The notes under the pieces: model-generated | Seen by the model: only the letters and a program-made list of their open reading frames with translations | Told to the model about the DNA's origin: nothing | The model's database searches: none | Position numbers and translations under genes: made by a program | Source: Sphingomonadales bacterium | Lineage (GTDB): Bacteria; Pseudomonadota; Alphaproteobacteria; Sphingomonadales; Sphingomonadaceae | Reading direction: 5' to 3' | Assembly: GCA_006226685.1 (NCBI GenBank) | Contig: SBGG01000076.1 | Coordinates: 5,111-69,110, forward strand | DNA: 64,000 nucleotides | Part shown: piece after piece, positions 55,462 through 64,000 of the stretch | Numbering within the stretch: the stretch's first letter is position 1 | How the letters are laid out: each line of letters starts with the position of its first letter

Positions 55462-55923
55462 TTACCCCTTGCGGATATGGACCAGCGCGAGATCGAGTGC
55501 CTGCAGGAAGCGGGAGCGGTCGGCTTTGCTGAACGGAGCAGGGCCGCCGATCTGATCGCCGCCCGCGCGCAGATCGGCCATGATCGCGCGGGTCGCGATC
55601 GCGCCGCCGATCGAACTGGTCGTGAACGCCTTGCCGGTGGGCGCCAGCACCGTCGCCGCACCCGCTTTCAGGCACCGGTCGGCCAGCAATATATCCGCCG
55701 TAATGACGATGCTCGCCCCGTCACAGGCTTCCGCGATCCAGTCGTCGGCGGCGTCGAAACCATCGCTCACCACCACCCGCTGGATCAGCGTATGGTCGGG
55801 AATGCGCAGGAACGCATTGCTGACGATCGTCACCGGAACCTCATGACGCCAGGCGACCTTATAGATCTCGTCCTTTACCGGACAGGCATCGGCATCGACC
55901 AATATGCGGGGCGTATCGCTCAT
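55462..55923 (-). CDS. yaiI: YaiI/YqxD family protein (UPF0178, DUF188)
   Basis: MSDTPRILVDADACPVKDEIYKVA...ADDWIAE...IVITADILLADRCL matches the DUF188 pattern. The ATG shares one nucleotide with the helicase stop (TGATG). Confidence 0.85.
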   Translation of the reverse strand: MSDTPRILVDADACPVKDEIYKVAWRHEVPVTIVSNAFLRIPDHTLIQRVVVSDGFDAADDWIAEACDGASIVITADILLADRCLKAGAATVLAPTGKAFTTSSIGGAIATRAIMADLRAGGDQIGGPAPFSKADRSRFLQALDLALVHIRKG

Positions 55924-57692
55924 CAACCGCCGGTGCGAGGTCCGTCAGGCCGCTTCTTCTTCCCCTTAAGCGGCCCTCTGGGCGGGCCTTTGGGGCCGTC
56001 TTTGCGGAACGGCTTTGCCTTGTGCGGCGGACGGCGATCCGGGCGGGCGTTGTGCCCGCGTTCGCGCGCTTCTTCGCGTGGCCCGCCCTCGGAAGCTTCG
56101 ATCCGGATCCCGCTTTCATCCTCCGCGCCGCTATTGGCCGTGCGCGCAAGGGCGGCGGAAAACTTGTTGGCGATAGCACGCGGCACCTGAAAATAGGTTT
56201 CATTGCCGCCGATGCGGATCGCCCCGATTTCATTCTTGGTGATATGGCCGCGGCGGCACAGCAGCGGCAATATCCAGCGCGGATCGGCATTATGACGGCG
56301 GCCGATGTCCATTCGGAACCAGAGGGTGTCCTCGAACCCCGGGCGATGCCGTTCGCGCTGGGCGGCGCGATGGGCTTCGGGGCTGTTGGCGATCAGTTCC
56401 TCCGGCTGCGGCATGGCCGCGCGGTGAGACCGGACCAGTGCGGCGGCGATGTCCTCGGCCGAGCGTTCCGCCAACAGGCGCTGCGCCAGTGCGCGATCTT
56501 CCTCGTCATACTCGGCCGGTTGCAACAGGGCTTCCAGCAGGCGTTCCCGGTCCCGCTCGCGGATGTCCTCGGGTGTCGGGGCGTCGATCCACGCTGCGTC
56601 GATCTTCGCGCCGCGCAGCATCGATTCTACCCGCTTCCGGCGCGGATAGGGCACCATCAGGATAGCGGTGCCCTTTTTCCCGGCGCGGCCGGTACGCCCG
56701 GACCGGTGCTGAAGCGTTTCCGCATCGCGCGGAATCTCGACATGGATGACAAGGCTCAGCGTCGGCAGGTCGATGCCGCGCGCCGCGACATCGGTGGCGA
56801 CGCAGACGCGCGCGCGCCGGTCGCGCAGCGTTTGCAGCGCATGGTTGCGCTCCGATTGCGAATGTTCGCCCGAAAGCGCCACCACGGCAAAACCGCGTTC
56901 CTGCAGCGTCGCATGCAGACGGCGGACGGTGTCGCGCGTCGCGCAGAACAGCATCGCCGTCTCGGCCTCGTGAAAGCGCAGCAGATTGACCACTGCCGCC
57001 TCGATTTCGGAAGGGGAGACAGTGACCGCCTGATAGCTGATGTCGCCATGGCCGCGATTTTCGCTGACGGTGGAGATGCGCAGCGCATCCTGCTGATAGC
57101 GCTTGGCCAGCGAGACGATCGGCCGGGGCATGGTGGCCGAGAATAGCAGCGTGCGGCGATGTTCCGGCGTTGCGTCGAGTATCTCTTCCAGATCCTCGCG
57201 AAAGCCCATGTCGAGCATCTCGTCCGCTTCGTCGAGCACCACGGCCCGCAGCGTGGAAAGGTCGAGCGCGCCGCGTTCGAGATGATCACGCAGACGTCCG
57301 GGCGTGCCGACCACGACATGCGCGCCATGGGACAGGGCGCGCCGTTCCTTCGACGCATCCATGCCGCCGACGCAGGTGGCGATACGCGCGCCGAGCTTGC
57401 CATAAAGCCAGATCAGTTCGCGACTCACCTGCAAGGCCAGTTCACGCGTCGGTGCGATCACAAGAGCCAGAGGAGCGCCCGCCGGCGCAAGCGTGCCGGC
57501 TTCGCTCATCAGGTCGTTCGCCATGGCAAGGCCGAAGGCGACCGTCTTGCCGGACCCGGTTTGCGCCGACACGATCAGGTCGCGTCCGGCGGCTTCGGGT
57601 TCGAGAACCGCGGCCTGAACCGGGGTGGGGGCGGCATAGCCGCGTTCGGCAAGGGCCTCGCCAAGGATGGGCGGGAGTTGGGAAAAAGGCAT
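55923..57692 (-). CDS. DEAD-box ATP-dependent RNA helicase with a DbpA-like C-terminal RNA-binding domain and basic tail
   Basis: Q-motif GYAAPTPVQ; motifs AQTGSGKT, DEADEM, SAT and HRSGRTGRAG. The C-terminal tail is Lys/Arg/Gly/Pro-rich. Confidence 0.92.
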   Translation of the reverse strand: MPFSQLPPILGEALAERGYAAPTPVQAAVLEPEAAGRDLIVSAQTGSGKTVAFGLAMANDLMSEAGTLAPAGAPLALVIAPTRELALQVSRELIWLYGKLGARIATCVGGMDASKERRALSHGAHVVVGTPGRLRDHLERGALDLSTLRAVVLDEADEMLDMGFREDLEEILDATPEHRRTLLFSATMPRPIVSLAKRYQQDALRISTVSENRGHGDISYQAVTVSPSEIEAAVVNLLRFHEAETAMLFCATRDTVRRLHATLQERGFAVVALSGEHSQSERNHALQTLRDRRARVCVATDVAARGIDLPTLSLVIHVEIPRDAETLQHRSGRTGRAGKKGTAILMVPYPRRKRVESMLRGAKIDAAWIDAPTPEDIRERDRERLLEALLQPAEYDEEDRALAQRLLAERSAEDIAAALVRSHRAAMPQPEELIANSPEAHRAAQRERHRPGFEDTLWFRMDIGRRHNADPRWILPLLCRRGHITKNEIGAIRIGGNETYFQVPRAIANKFSAALARTANSGAEDESGIRIEASEGGPREEARERGHNARPDRRPPHKAKPFRKDGPKGPPRGPLKGKKKRPDGPRTGG

Positions 57693-57742
57693 GAATCTCG
57701 TCAGTCAATCTGCCGCTAGGGGCGAAAAGGGAAAGTAAAGTG

Positions 57743-58939
57743 TCAGAATGCTTGTGCGACGGCCCACCCGCTAGACCAGGCCCATTGGAAATTATATCCG
57801 CCCAGCCAGCCGGTAACGTCGACCGCTTCACCAATCGCATACAACCCCGGAACGCGTTTGGCTTCCATTGTTTTCGAAGAAAGTTCGGCGGTGCTGATAC
57901 CGCCCGCCGTTACCTCCGCCTTGGCGAAGCCTTCGCTGCCATTGGGGTGAAAGCGCCAGTCGGCCAGCCGCGCCTCAGCCTGCGTCAGCAGCCGGTCCGG
58001 CAAATTGGCCAGCTCTCCCTGCACCCCGAGTCGCTCTGCTAGCGTGTCCGCCAGCCGATCCGGCAACGCGTCGCGCAGCAGCGCGCGCAGGGTCGTGCGC
58101 GGCGCGGCGCGCTTGGCCTCGATCAGCCAGCCCGTCGCCCGATCCGGCAGAAAGTCGATGCCGACCGGCTCGCCATGTCGCCAATAGGAGGAAATTTGCA
58201 GGATCGCCGGGCCGGAAAGGCCGCGATGGGTGAACAGCGCGGCCTCGCGAAAGGCGGTCTTGCCGGTGCGGGCGATCACCTCGGTCGCGATGCCGGAAAG
58301 ATCGCGGAACAGCACTTCTTCCCCGCCCAGCGTCAGCGGCACCAGCGCTGGGCGCGGTTCGACGACCTTCAGGCCGAAGCGCCGGGCAATGTCATAGGCG
58401 GCGCCGGTCGCGCCCATTTTCGGGATGGATGGCCCGCCGGTGGCGATCACCAGCGCGGGCGCCTCCACCTGTCCGCCCTCCAGATCGAGTCGGAACAGGC
58501 CATCGCCATGGCCGATTTCCCCGACCATCTGGCCGCAGCGCAGATCCACCTGCCCCTTTGCGCATTCGGCAAGCAGCATGTCGAGTATCTGTCGCGCGGA
58601 CGCATCGCAGAAAAGCTGACCCAGCGTCTTTTCATGCCAGGCAATGCCATAGCGATCCACCAGCGCGATGAAATCTCGCGGTGTGTAGCGGCTGAGCGCT
58701 GATTTGGCGAAATGCGGATTGGCCGAAATATACCGGTCTGCCGCCACGTGAACATTGGTGAAGTTGCAGCGCCCGCCGCCGGAAATCAGGATTTTCCGGC
58801 CCGGTTGTTCGGCTCGTTCGATCAGCAGCACGCGCCGCCCGCGCTGACCCGCCACCGCCGCGCACATCAGCCCGGCCGCGCCCGCCCCCAATATGATCGC
58901 ATCATAACGGGCCGTGTTGCCGTTACCTGTCCCGCTCAA
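57743..58939 (-). CDS. NAD(P)/FAD-dependent oxidoreductase, HI0933/BaiN-like flavoprotein family
   Basis: YDAIILGAGAAGLMCAAVAGQRGRRVLLIE...KILISGGGRCNFTN and a C-terminal GEAVDVTGWLGGYNFQWAWSSG. Confidence 0.86.
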   Translation of the reverse strand: MSGTGNGNTARYDAIILGAGAAGLMCAAVAGQRGRRVLLIERAEQPGRKILISGGGRCNFTNVHVAADRYISANPHFAKSALSRYTPRDFIALVDRYGIAWHEKTLGQLFCDASARQILDMLLAECAKGQVDLRCGQMVGEIGHGDGLFRLDLEGGQVEAPALVIATGGPSIPKMGATGAAYDIARRFGLKVVEPRPALVPLTLGGEEVLFRDLSGIATEVIARTGKTAFREAALFTHRGLSGPAILQISSYWRHGEPVGIDFLPDRATGWLIEAKRAAPRTTLRALLRDALPDRLADTLAERLGVQGELANLPDRLLTQAEARLADWRFHPNGSEGFAKAEVTAGGISTAELSSKTMEAKRVPGLYAIGEAVDVTGWLGGYNFQWAWSSGWAVAQAF

Positions 58940-59115
58940 TGCAGCTTCGCGATGGTGAGGCCGTCTTTTTTCGCCCGGTCGCGCACCGATTCCTCGCTGC
59001 GGGTCAGCGCCTTGGCAATGGCCTTCAGCGCCATGCCCTTTTTCGCGAGGGTATGCAGCTTGTCGATCTCATCGGCCCGCCAGGGCTGTTTGTGGCGTTC
59101 GAACCGTTCCTTCAT
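58936..59115 (-). CDS. Small (59 aa) hypothetical protein with a Myb/SANT- or GcrA-like helix-turn-helix pattern
   Basis: The sequence is MKERFERHKQPWRADEIDKLHTLAKKGMALKAIAKALTRSEESVRDRAKKDGLTIAKLH. It is locked between two ATGA overlaps (ABC-F stop / its ATG, and its stop / the BaiN-like ATG), which argues for real translation. Confidence 0.55.
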   Translation of the reverse strand: MKERFERHKQPWRADEIDKLHTLAKKGMALKAIAKALTRSEESVRDRAKKDGLTIAKLH

Positions 59116-60992
59116 GCCGATGCTCCCGCCGCTTCCAGTGCTTCGCTGGCTTCCATCCATTGTTCCTCGGCCATGTCGATGGCCTGTTGCGTTTCGGCGT
59201 GACGCTGGCTCAGGTCCGACATGGTCAGTTTCGAAAGCGAAGCCTCCGCCGATGCCGGGTCGAACATCGCCTGTTCGATCGCCTTGCGCCGGGTGGTGAG
59301 CTTTGCCAGTTCCTTTTCCAGCGCCTGCGCCCGCTTGCGGGCGGCCTGCGCCTGTTCGCGGGCCTGTGCGGCGGCGCGTTTGTCGGCCTTGCGGTCGGTT
59401 TTGGCGCCGCGCGCCTGCTTGTCGCCCGCGCCGCCCTTGCCCAGCACGAAGTCGGTATAATCTTCCAGCGACCCGTCAAAGGGCTGCGCCCGCCCGCCAT
59501 CGACCAGCACCAGGCGGTCCGCGACCAGCTCGATCATGTGCCGGTCATGGCTGACGATCACCACCGCGCCGTTATAGCTGTTGAGCGCCTGCACCAGCGC
59601 CTCACGCGAATCGACGTCGAGATGGTTGGTCGGTTCGTCGAGGATCAGCAGATGCGGCGCGTTGCGGGTGATGAGGGCGAGAGCCAGCCGCGCCCGTTCG
59701 CCGCCTGAAAGCGATCCGACCTTCTGCGTCGCGCGGTCGCCGGAAAAGCCGAACCGTCCGAGTTGCGCGCGCACCGCGCCCGGCGTCGCGCCCTGCATCG
59801 CGCGGGTCATATGCTCCAGCGGGCTGTCGTCGCTGTCCAGTTCTTCCACCTGATATTGGGTGAAATAACCGACGCTCATCTTGCCCGATGCGTTCATCGC
59901 CCCTTCCATCGGCGCAAGCTGCGCGGCGAGCAGGCGGGCAAGCGTGGTCTTGCCGTTGCCGTTCTTGCCGAGCAGGGCGACGCGGTCATCCGGGTCGATA
60001 CGCAGGTTCAACCGCTGAAGGATCGGCTTTTCGTCATAGCCGACCGCGGCCATATCGAGCGTGATGAGCGGCGGGCGCAGCGGTGCGGGGTCGGGAAAGG
60101 CGAAGGAAAGCGTCGGATCTTCCAGCGCGGCAGCGATCGGCTGCATCTTCGCAAGCGCCTTGGCGCGCGATTGCGCCTGCTTGGCGGTGCTGGCGCGGGC
60201 GCTGTTGCGGGCGACATAATCCTGCAATTTGGCGCGCTGCGCCGCCTGCTTCTCGCGCGCCGATTCAAGCTGCGCCAGCCGTTCGGCCCGTTGCCGCTCA
60301 AATGCGTCATAGCCGCCGGGATAGAGCGTTACCCGGCCCCCTTCGAGGTGCAAAATATGATCGACGACATTGTTCAGCAGGTCGCGCTCATGGCTGATGA
60401 TGAGGATGGTGGCGCGATAGTCCTTCAGGAAATTTTCCAGCCACAGCGTCGCTTCGAGATCGAGATGGTTGGACGGTTCGTCGAGCAGCAGCAGGTCCGG
60501 CGCGGAAAAGAGCAGCGCGCCCAGCGCCACCCGCATCTTCCAGCCGCCCGAATAGCTGTCGAGCGGGCGGTTCTGCATTTCCTCGTCGAACCCCAGACCG
60601 ACGAGGATGCGGCCCGCCCGCGCCGGGGCGCTATAGGCGTCGATCGCGATCAGCCGGTCGTGAATGTCGCCGAGCCGGTCCGGATCATGACAGGTTTCGC
60701 TTTCGGCGAGCAGGGCGGCGCGCTCCGTATCGGCGGCCAGCACGGTTTCGAAGGGCGTCGCGGTGCCGCTCGGCGCTTCCTGCGCAATATAGCCCAGCCG
60801 CATCCCGCGCGGCATGTCGACGCTGCCGCCATCGGGTTCGATCTGCCCGATGATCGCCTTCATCAGAGTCGATTTGCCTGCCCCGTTGCGCCCGATCAGG
60901 CCGACGCGCGAGGAAGGCGGCAGTGCGGCGCTGGCGCGATCGAGAATCGTGCGACCGCCAAGGCGGACGCTGATGTCGTTGATTGTCAGCAT
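59112..60992 (-). CDS. ABC-F family ATPase (translation-factor type; no transmembrane domain)
   Basis: Two nucleotide-binding domains: GRNGAGKST/LSGGWKMR/LLLLDEPSNHLD and GKNGNGKTT/LSGGERAR/LLILDEPTNHLD. A charged coiled-coil C-terminal arm follows. Confidence 0.92.
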   Translation of the reverse strand: MLTINDISVRLGGRTILDRASAALPPSSRVGLIGRNGAGKSTLMKAIIGQIEPDGGSVDMPRGMRLGYIAQEAPSGTATPFETVLAADTERAALLAESETCHDPDRLGDIHDRLIAIDAYSAPARAGRILVGLGFDEEMQNRPLDSYSGGWKMRVALGALLFSAPDLLLLDEPSNHLDLEATLWLENFLKDYRATILIISHERDLLNNVVDHILHLEGGRVTLYPGGYDAFERQRAERLAQLESAREKQAAQRAKLQDYVARNSARASTAKQAQSRAKALAKMQPIAAALEDPTLSFAFPDPAPLRPPLITLDMAAVGYDEKPILQRLNLRIDPDDRVALLGKNGNGKTTLARLLAAQLAPMEGAMNASGKMSVGYFTQYQVEELDSDDSPLEHMTRAMQGATPGAVRAQLGRFGFSGDRATQKVGSLSGGERARLALALITRNAPHLLILDEPTNHLDVDSREALVQALNSYNGAVVIVSHDRHMIELVADRLVLVDGGRAQPFDGSLEDYTDFVLGKGGAGDKQARGAKTDRKADKRAAAQAREQAQAARKRAQALEKELAKLTTRRKAIEQAMFDPASAEASLSKLTMSDLSQRHAETQQAIDMAEEQWMEASEALEAAGASA

Positions 60993-61059
60993 TGCGCGCC
61001 GTTAGCATAAATGGTCCGCAAATCCTGCTTCTTTTTTCCGGTGCTGAAGCGCGTGGCCG

Positions 61060-62841
61060 TTATGATGCGGGAATATCCGCGTCGATGCGGGCGATCACAT
61101 CGAGAAAGGCTTGCCCATAGGCCTCGCGCTTGCGCTCGCCGACGCCGGAAATATGCGCAAGATCGGCGAAGGAACGGGGGCGCTTCTGCGCCATCTCGCG
61201 CAGGGTGCTGTCATGGAAGACGACATAGGGCGGCACCCCTGCCTCCATGGCGAGGTCGCGGCGGCAGGCGCGCAGCGCCTCGAACAGCGGGTCGCCGATG
61301 GGGTTGGCTTCCTGACCGCCTTTTTTCCGCCTCTGCCGCGCCGGAGGCAGCACCAGCGAAACCGCTTCTTCGCCGCGCAGAAAGGGGCGGGCGGCCGGGC
61401 CGAGCATCAGCCCGCCATGCTCGTTGGTTTCCAGCGCATCGCGCACCATCAGCGCGCGAGAAACGGGTTTGAGCAGCGCCGCTTCCTCGCCCTCGACAAT
61501 GCCATAGACCGAAAGCCGGTCATGCTGCCGCTGCACGATCCGGTCATTGCTCCTGCCGGTCAGCACCGCCTCGATATGGCCCAGCCCGAAACTCTGGCCG
61601 GTGCGATAGACGGCGGAGAGCAGTTTGCGCGCGGTCATGGTCGCATCGATGCTGACCGGCGGGGCAAGGCAATTGTCGCAATTGCCGCAGGTCGGCGGCG
61701 GGTCTTCGCCGAAATGGCGCAACAACACGGCGCGGCGGCACCCGCCCGTTTCCACCAGCGCGCCGAGCGCGGCGATGCGCGCTCGCTCGCTTTGCTGGCG
61801 GGCCTGATCGACCTCGGCGATGCGCTGGCGCGCGCGGACGAAATCTTCCGGTCCCCAGAGTAATGTCGCCATTGCGGGTTCGCCGTCGCGCCCGGCGCGG
61901 CCGCTTTCCTGATAATAGGCCTCGATCGACTTGGGCAGCCCGGCATGGACGACGAAGCGCACGTCGGGCTTGTCGATCCCCATACCGAAGGCGACGGTCG
62001 CGACCATCACCATATCCTCGCTGGCGATGAAGGCAGCCTGATTGGCTGCACGTATCTCCGGCGCGAGACCTGCATGATAGGGCAGCACTGCCCGTCCGCT
62101 CCGGCCGAGGCTTTCCGCCAGCTTTTCGGTGGCGGCGCGGGTCGGCGCATAGACGATACCCGCACCGGGATTGGCGGCCAGAATATCGCCGATCTGCCGC
62201 CCCAGCCCGTCGCGCGGCTGGATCGCATAGCGAATATTGGGGCGGTCGAACCCGGAAATGATGAGGCCGTCCTCGGCGATGCCGAGCTGCGCCAATATGT
62301 CGCGTCGCGTATGTGCGTCGGCGGTGGCGGTCAGTGCAAGGCGCGGCACCGCCGGAAAATGATCGAGCAGCGGACGCAACAGGCGATAGTCGGGGCGGAA
62401 ATCATGCCCCCATTCGGAAACGCAATGGGCCTCGTCGATCGCGAACAGACAGATGCGCGATCGTTCCAGCAGCGCGCGAAACCCCTCGCCGCTGGCCCGT
62501 TCCGGCGCGACATAGAGCAGGTCGAGGTCGCCCGCCGCCAGCCGGTCCTGCGTCTCGCGCCAATCGCTGTCGACCGAGGTCAGGCTGGCGGCGCGAATGC
62601 CCAGCGCGCGGGCCGAGCGAAGCTGATCGTGCATCAATGCGATCAGCGGGGAAATGACGATGCAGCACCCGTCCATGGCCGTCGCCGGGAGCTGGTAGCA
62701 GAGTGATTTGCCTGCGCCGGTCGGCATGACCGCCAGCGTATGCCGACCGGCCAGCACCCGCCCGACCACCTGTTCCTGCACGCCGCGAAAGCTGTCGAAA
62801 CCGAATATGTCATGCAGCAACTGGGCGGGATTGGGAGGCAT
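61060..62841 (-). CDS. recQ: ATP-dependent DNA helicase RecQ
   Basis: FGFDSFRGVQEQVV, MPTGAGKSLCYQLPA, DEAHCVSEWGHDFRPDY, a zinc-finger Cys cluster (CRR...CGNCDNC) and a C-terminal HRDC-like domain. Confidence 0.93.
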   Translation of the reverse strand: MPPNPAQLLHDIFGFDSFRGVQEQVVGRVLAGRHTLAVMPTGAGKSLCYQLPATAMDGCCIVISPLIALMHDQLRSARALGIRAASLTSVDSDWRETQDRLAAGDLDLLYVAPERASGEGFRALLERSRICLFAIDEAHCVSEWGHDFRPDYRLLRPLLDHFPAVPRLALTATADAHTRRDILAQLGIAEDGLIISGFDRPNIRYAIQPRDGLGRQIGDILAANPGAGIVYAPTRAATEKLAESLGRSGRAVLPYHAGLAPEIRAANQAAFIASEDMVMVATVAFGMGIDKPDVRFVVHAGLPKSIEAYYQESGRAGRDGEPAMATLLWGPEDFVRARQRIAEVDQARQQSERARIAALGALVETGGCRRAVLLRHFGEDPPPTCGNCDNCLAPPVSIDATMTARKLLSAVYRTGQSFGLGHIEAVLTGRSNDRIVQRQHDRLSVYGIVEGEEAALLKPVSRALMVRDALETNEHGGLMLGPAARPFLRGEEAVSLVLPPARQRRKKGGQEANPIGDPLFEALRACRRDLAMEAGVPPYVVFHDSTLREMAQKRPRSFADLAHISGVGERKREAYGQAFLDVIARIDADIPAS

Positions 62842-62981
62842 GAGGCGAGGCTATAGGGAAATGGTCCCTGTTCGCAAAGGGGCATGACCGAACATCGCAA
62901 GGGGAGTGGCTCGGCCGTCGCGCCCGCACGCCGGCCGGTTCGGTCCGTCCGCCGCCTGCCCGATCATGCTGGTGGCCGGTA

Positions 62982-63680
62982 TCAGGCCCGGTTCAGGCAA
63001 AGCGGCCCGTCATCAAACTCTTCCGGCCTGATCGTGCTGACGAGGTCGATGAAGGATTTGATCGCGAGATTTTCCAGCCAGGGCATGTGCGGTTCGAAGG
63101 GCTTGCCATGCCCGGCGAAGATGGTGGTGCCTTCCATCGAGGCGGAAAGGAACAGGGCCAGCACCTGATGATGTTCGGGTTGGAGGTCTGGCCGTATTTC
63201 GGAGATGATTTCTACAAAAGAGGCGCGGGCGCGGGCATAGAGCTCATTCACCCGTTCCTGCACGAAGCGGTCATGGTTGGACAGCGCCCAAAGTTCGGGG
63301 AAAATGCGGGTGGTCTTCTTGGTGCGGATGTCTTCCAGAATGATCCGGCAGAGTTTCGCGAGCCGCCGCTCCGGGGGAAGCCCGGCATCCCCCTTGATGG
63401 TCTCGAACACGATCTCATAGGCGCGGACGACCGATTCGAGCAGATCTCGCACCAGATCCTCACGGGAGGGGTAATAATAGGTCAGATTGCCGAATTTGAG
63501 ACCGCACATCGCGGCCACGCGCCGCATGCTCATTGCGCGATAGCCTTCCTCGATCAGCAGGATCAGCGCGGCGCGCAAAATCTGTTCGCGCATTTCCTGA
63601 CCCTTGGCATAGCCGCCTTCCCGTTCGGGGATGACGAGGTCGGGAATTTCCGTTGGAGAGGGCGCAAGGAACTGTTTCAT
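62982..63680 (-). CDS. TetR/AcrR-family transcriptional regulator
   Basis: 232 aa. N-terminal HTH ILRAALILLIEEGYRAMSMRRVAAMCGLKFGNLTYYYPSREDL, followed by a helical ligand-binding domain. Confidence 0.88.
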   Translation of the reverse strand: MKQFLAPSPTEIPDLVIPEREGGYAKGQEMREQILRAALILLIEEGYRAMSMRRVAAMCGLKFGNLTYYYPSREDLVRDLLESVVRAYEIVFETIKGDAGLPPERRLAKLCRIILEDIRTKKTTRIFPELWALSNHDRFVQERVNELYARARASFVEIISEIRPDLQPEHHQVLALFLSASMEGTTIFAGHGKPFEPHMPWLENLAIKSFIDLVSTIRPEEFDDGPLCLNRA

Positions 63681-63857
63681 CCAGACCTCATGACCGGTGT
63701 CCGTGCGGGAAGCAAATCCTGTTCCGTTCTTCGATCATGCCTCAAATTTTGTCGCTTGACAAATTTATGACGTTCTTCAAAAATTATAGCGAGGGAATTG
63801 AGACGGGGAACCTATACCCGTTCACCAAAATCACTGATTTCATAAGGGAGGCTCAAT

Positions 63858-64000
63858 ATGCGACGGTTGGGCGTGGTATTTGCCGGTGCGTTTCTGGCGG
63901 GCGTGATGTCGGTTCCGGCCGCAGCGCAAACCTTCCCTGACCCTCTGCCCAATGAGCCGATCCCTTCCGTCGAAACCCTGCCGGATCATTATCCTCCGAA
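63858..64000 (+). CDS. 5' end of a gene for a secreted protein of unknown function (runs off the right edge of the window)
   Basis: ATG 63858 lies 6 nt after AAGGGAGG. It encodes MRRLGVVFAGAFLAGVMSVPAAAQTFPDPLPNEPIPSVETLPDHYPP, a clear Sec signal peptide with AAA-Q cleavage. Only 47 codons are visible. Confidence 0.5.
   Translation, partial: MRRLGVVFAGAFLAGVMSVPAAAQTFPDPLPNEPIPSVETLPDHYPP

Noticed and set aside
1-64000. Search for mobile elements, prophage, defence systems, tRNA/rRNA genes or CRISPR arrays as the hidden system
   Set aside because: No transposase, integrase, recombinase, phage structural, restriction-modification, toxin-antitoxin or cas-like ORFs appeared in any frame. I saw no terminal inverted repeats, no long direct repeats flanking the catabolic region, and no cloverleaf-like or rRNA-like sequences. 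The accessory character of 28-54 kb rests on gene content only.

Overview
This is a 64-kb high-GC chromosomal segment that looks like a Sphingomonadaceae (Alphaproteobacteria) genome. It has four TonB-dependent receptor (TBDR) genes, a translationally coupled glgP-glgB-glgC-glgA-glgX glycogen operon and sphingomonad-style aromatic catabolic genes. I saw no rRNA, tRNA, CRISPR, transposase or integrase genes. Layout: (i) 1-16.9 kb is a peptide/amino-acid scavenging neighbourhood with two TBDRs, an XRE-cupin regulator, a TPR + 2OG-Fe(II)-oxygenase-like protein, secreted M14 and M20 peptidases, threonine dehydratase, an acyltransferase and Lrp. (ii) 17.0-28.0 kb holds the glycogen operon and a divergent GH13 alpha-glucosidase. 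(iii) 28.0-54.7 kb is a large aromatic-compound catabolic region. It contains an IclR regulator with the meta-cleavage lower pathway, a CarAa-like (carbazole 1,9a-dioxygenase-type) alpha-only Rieske oxygenase and a second alpha-only Rieske oxygenase. It also contains a Rieske ferredoxin with an FAD reductase, a two-subunit LigAB/CarBaBb-type and a single-subunit LigB-type extradiol dioxygenase, two alpha/beta hydrolases and two DAO-type flavoproteins (one with a Tat signal). The remaining genes are an FAH-family hydrolase, an aldehyde dehydrogenase, a frameshifted ThDP enzyme, an MFS transporter, a TBDR and a GntR regulator. (iv) 54.7-64 kb carries housekeeping genes (thermonuclease-like, YaiI, DEAD-box helicase, BaiN-like flavoprotein, ABC-F, RecQ, TetR). 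The most interesting observation is a hexamer-pair palindrome, TGCATAC-N-GTATGCA. It recurs in nine intergenic regions between 33 and 54 kb and nowhere else that I could see. It ties about 20 genes into one apparently uncharacterised regulon built around a dispersed carbazole-type angular-dioxygenase pathway. All functional calls come from motif recognition by eye. Start codons are best guesses from RBS and overlap context.
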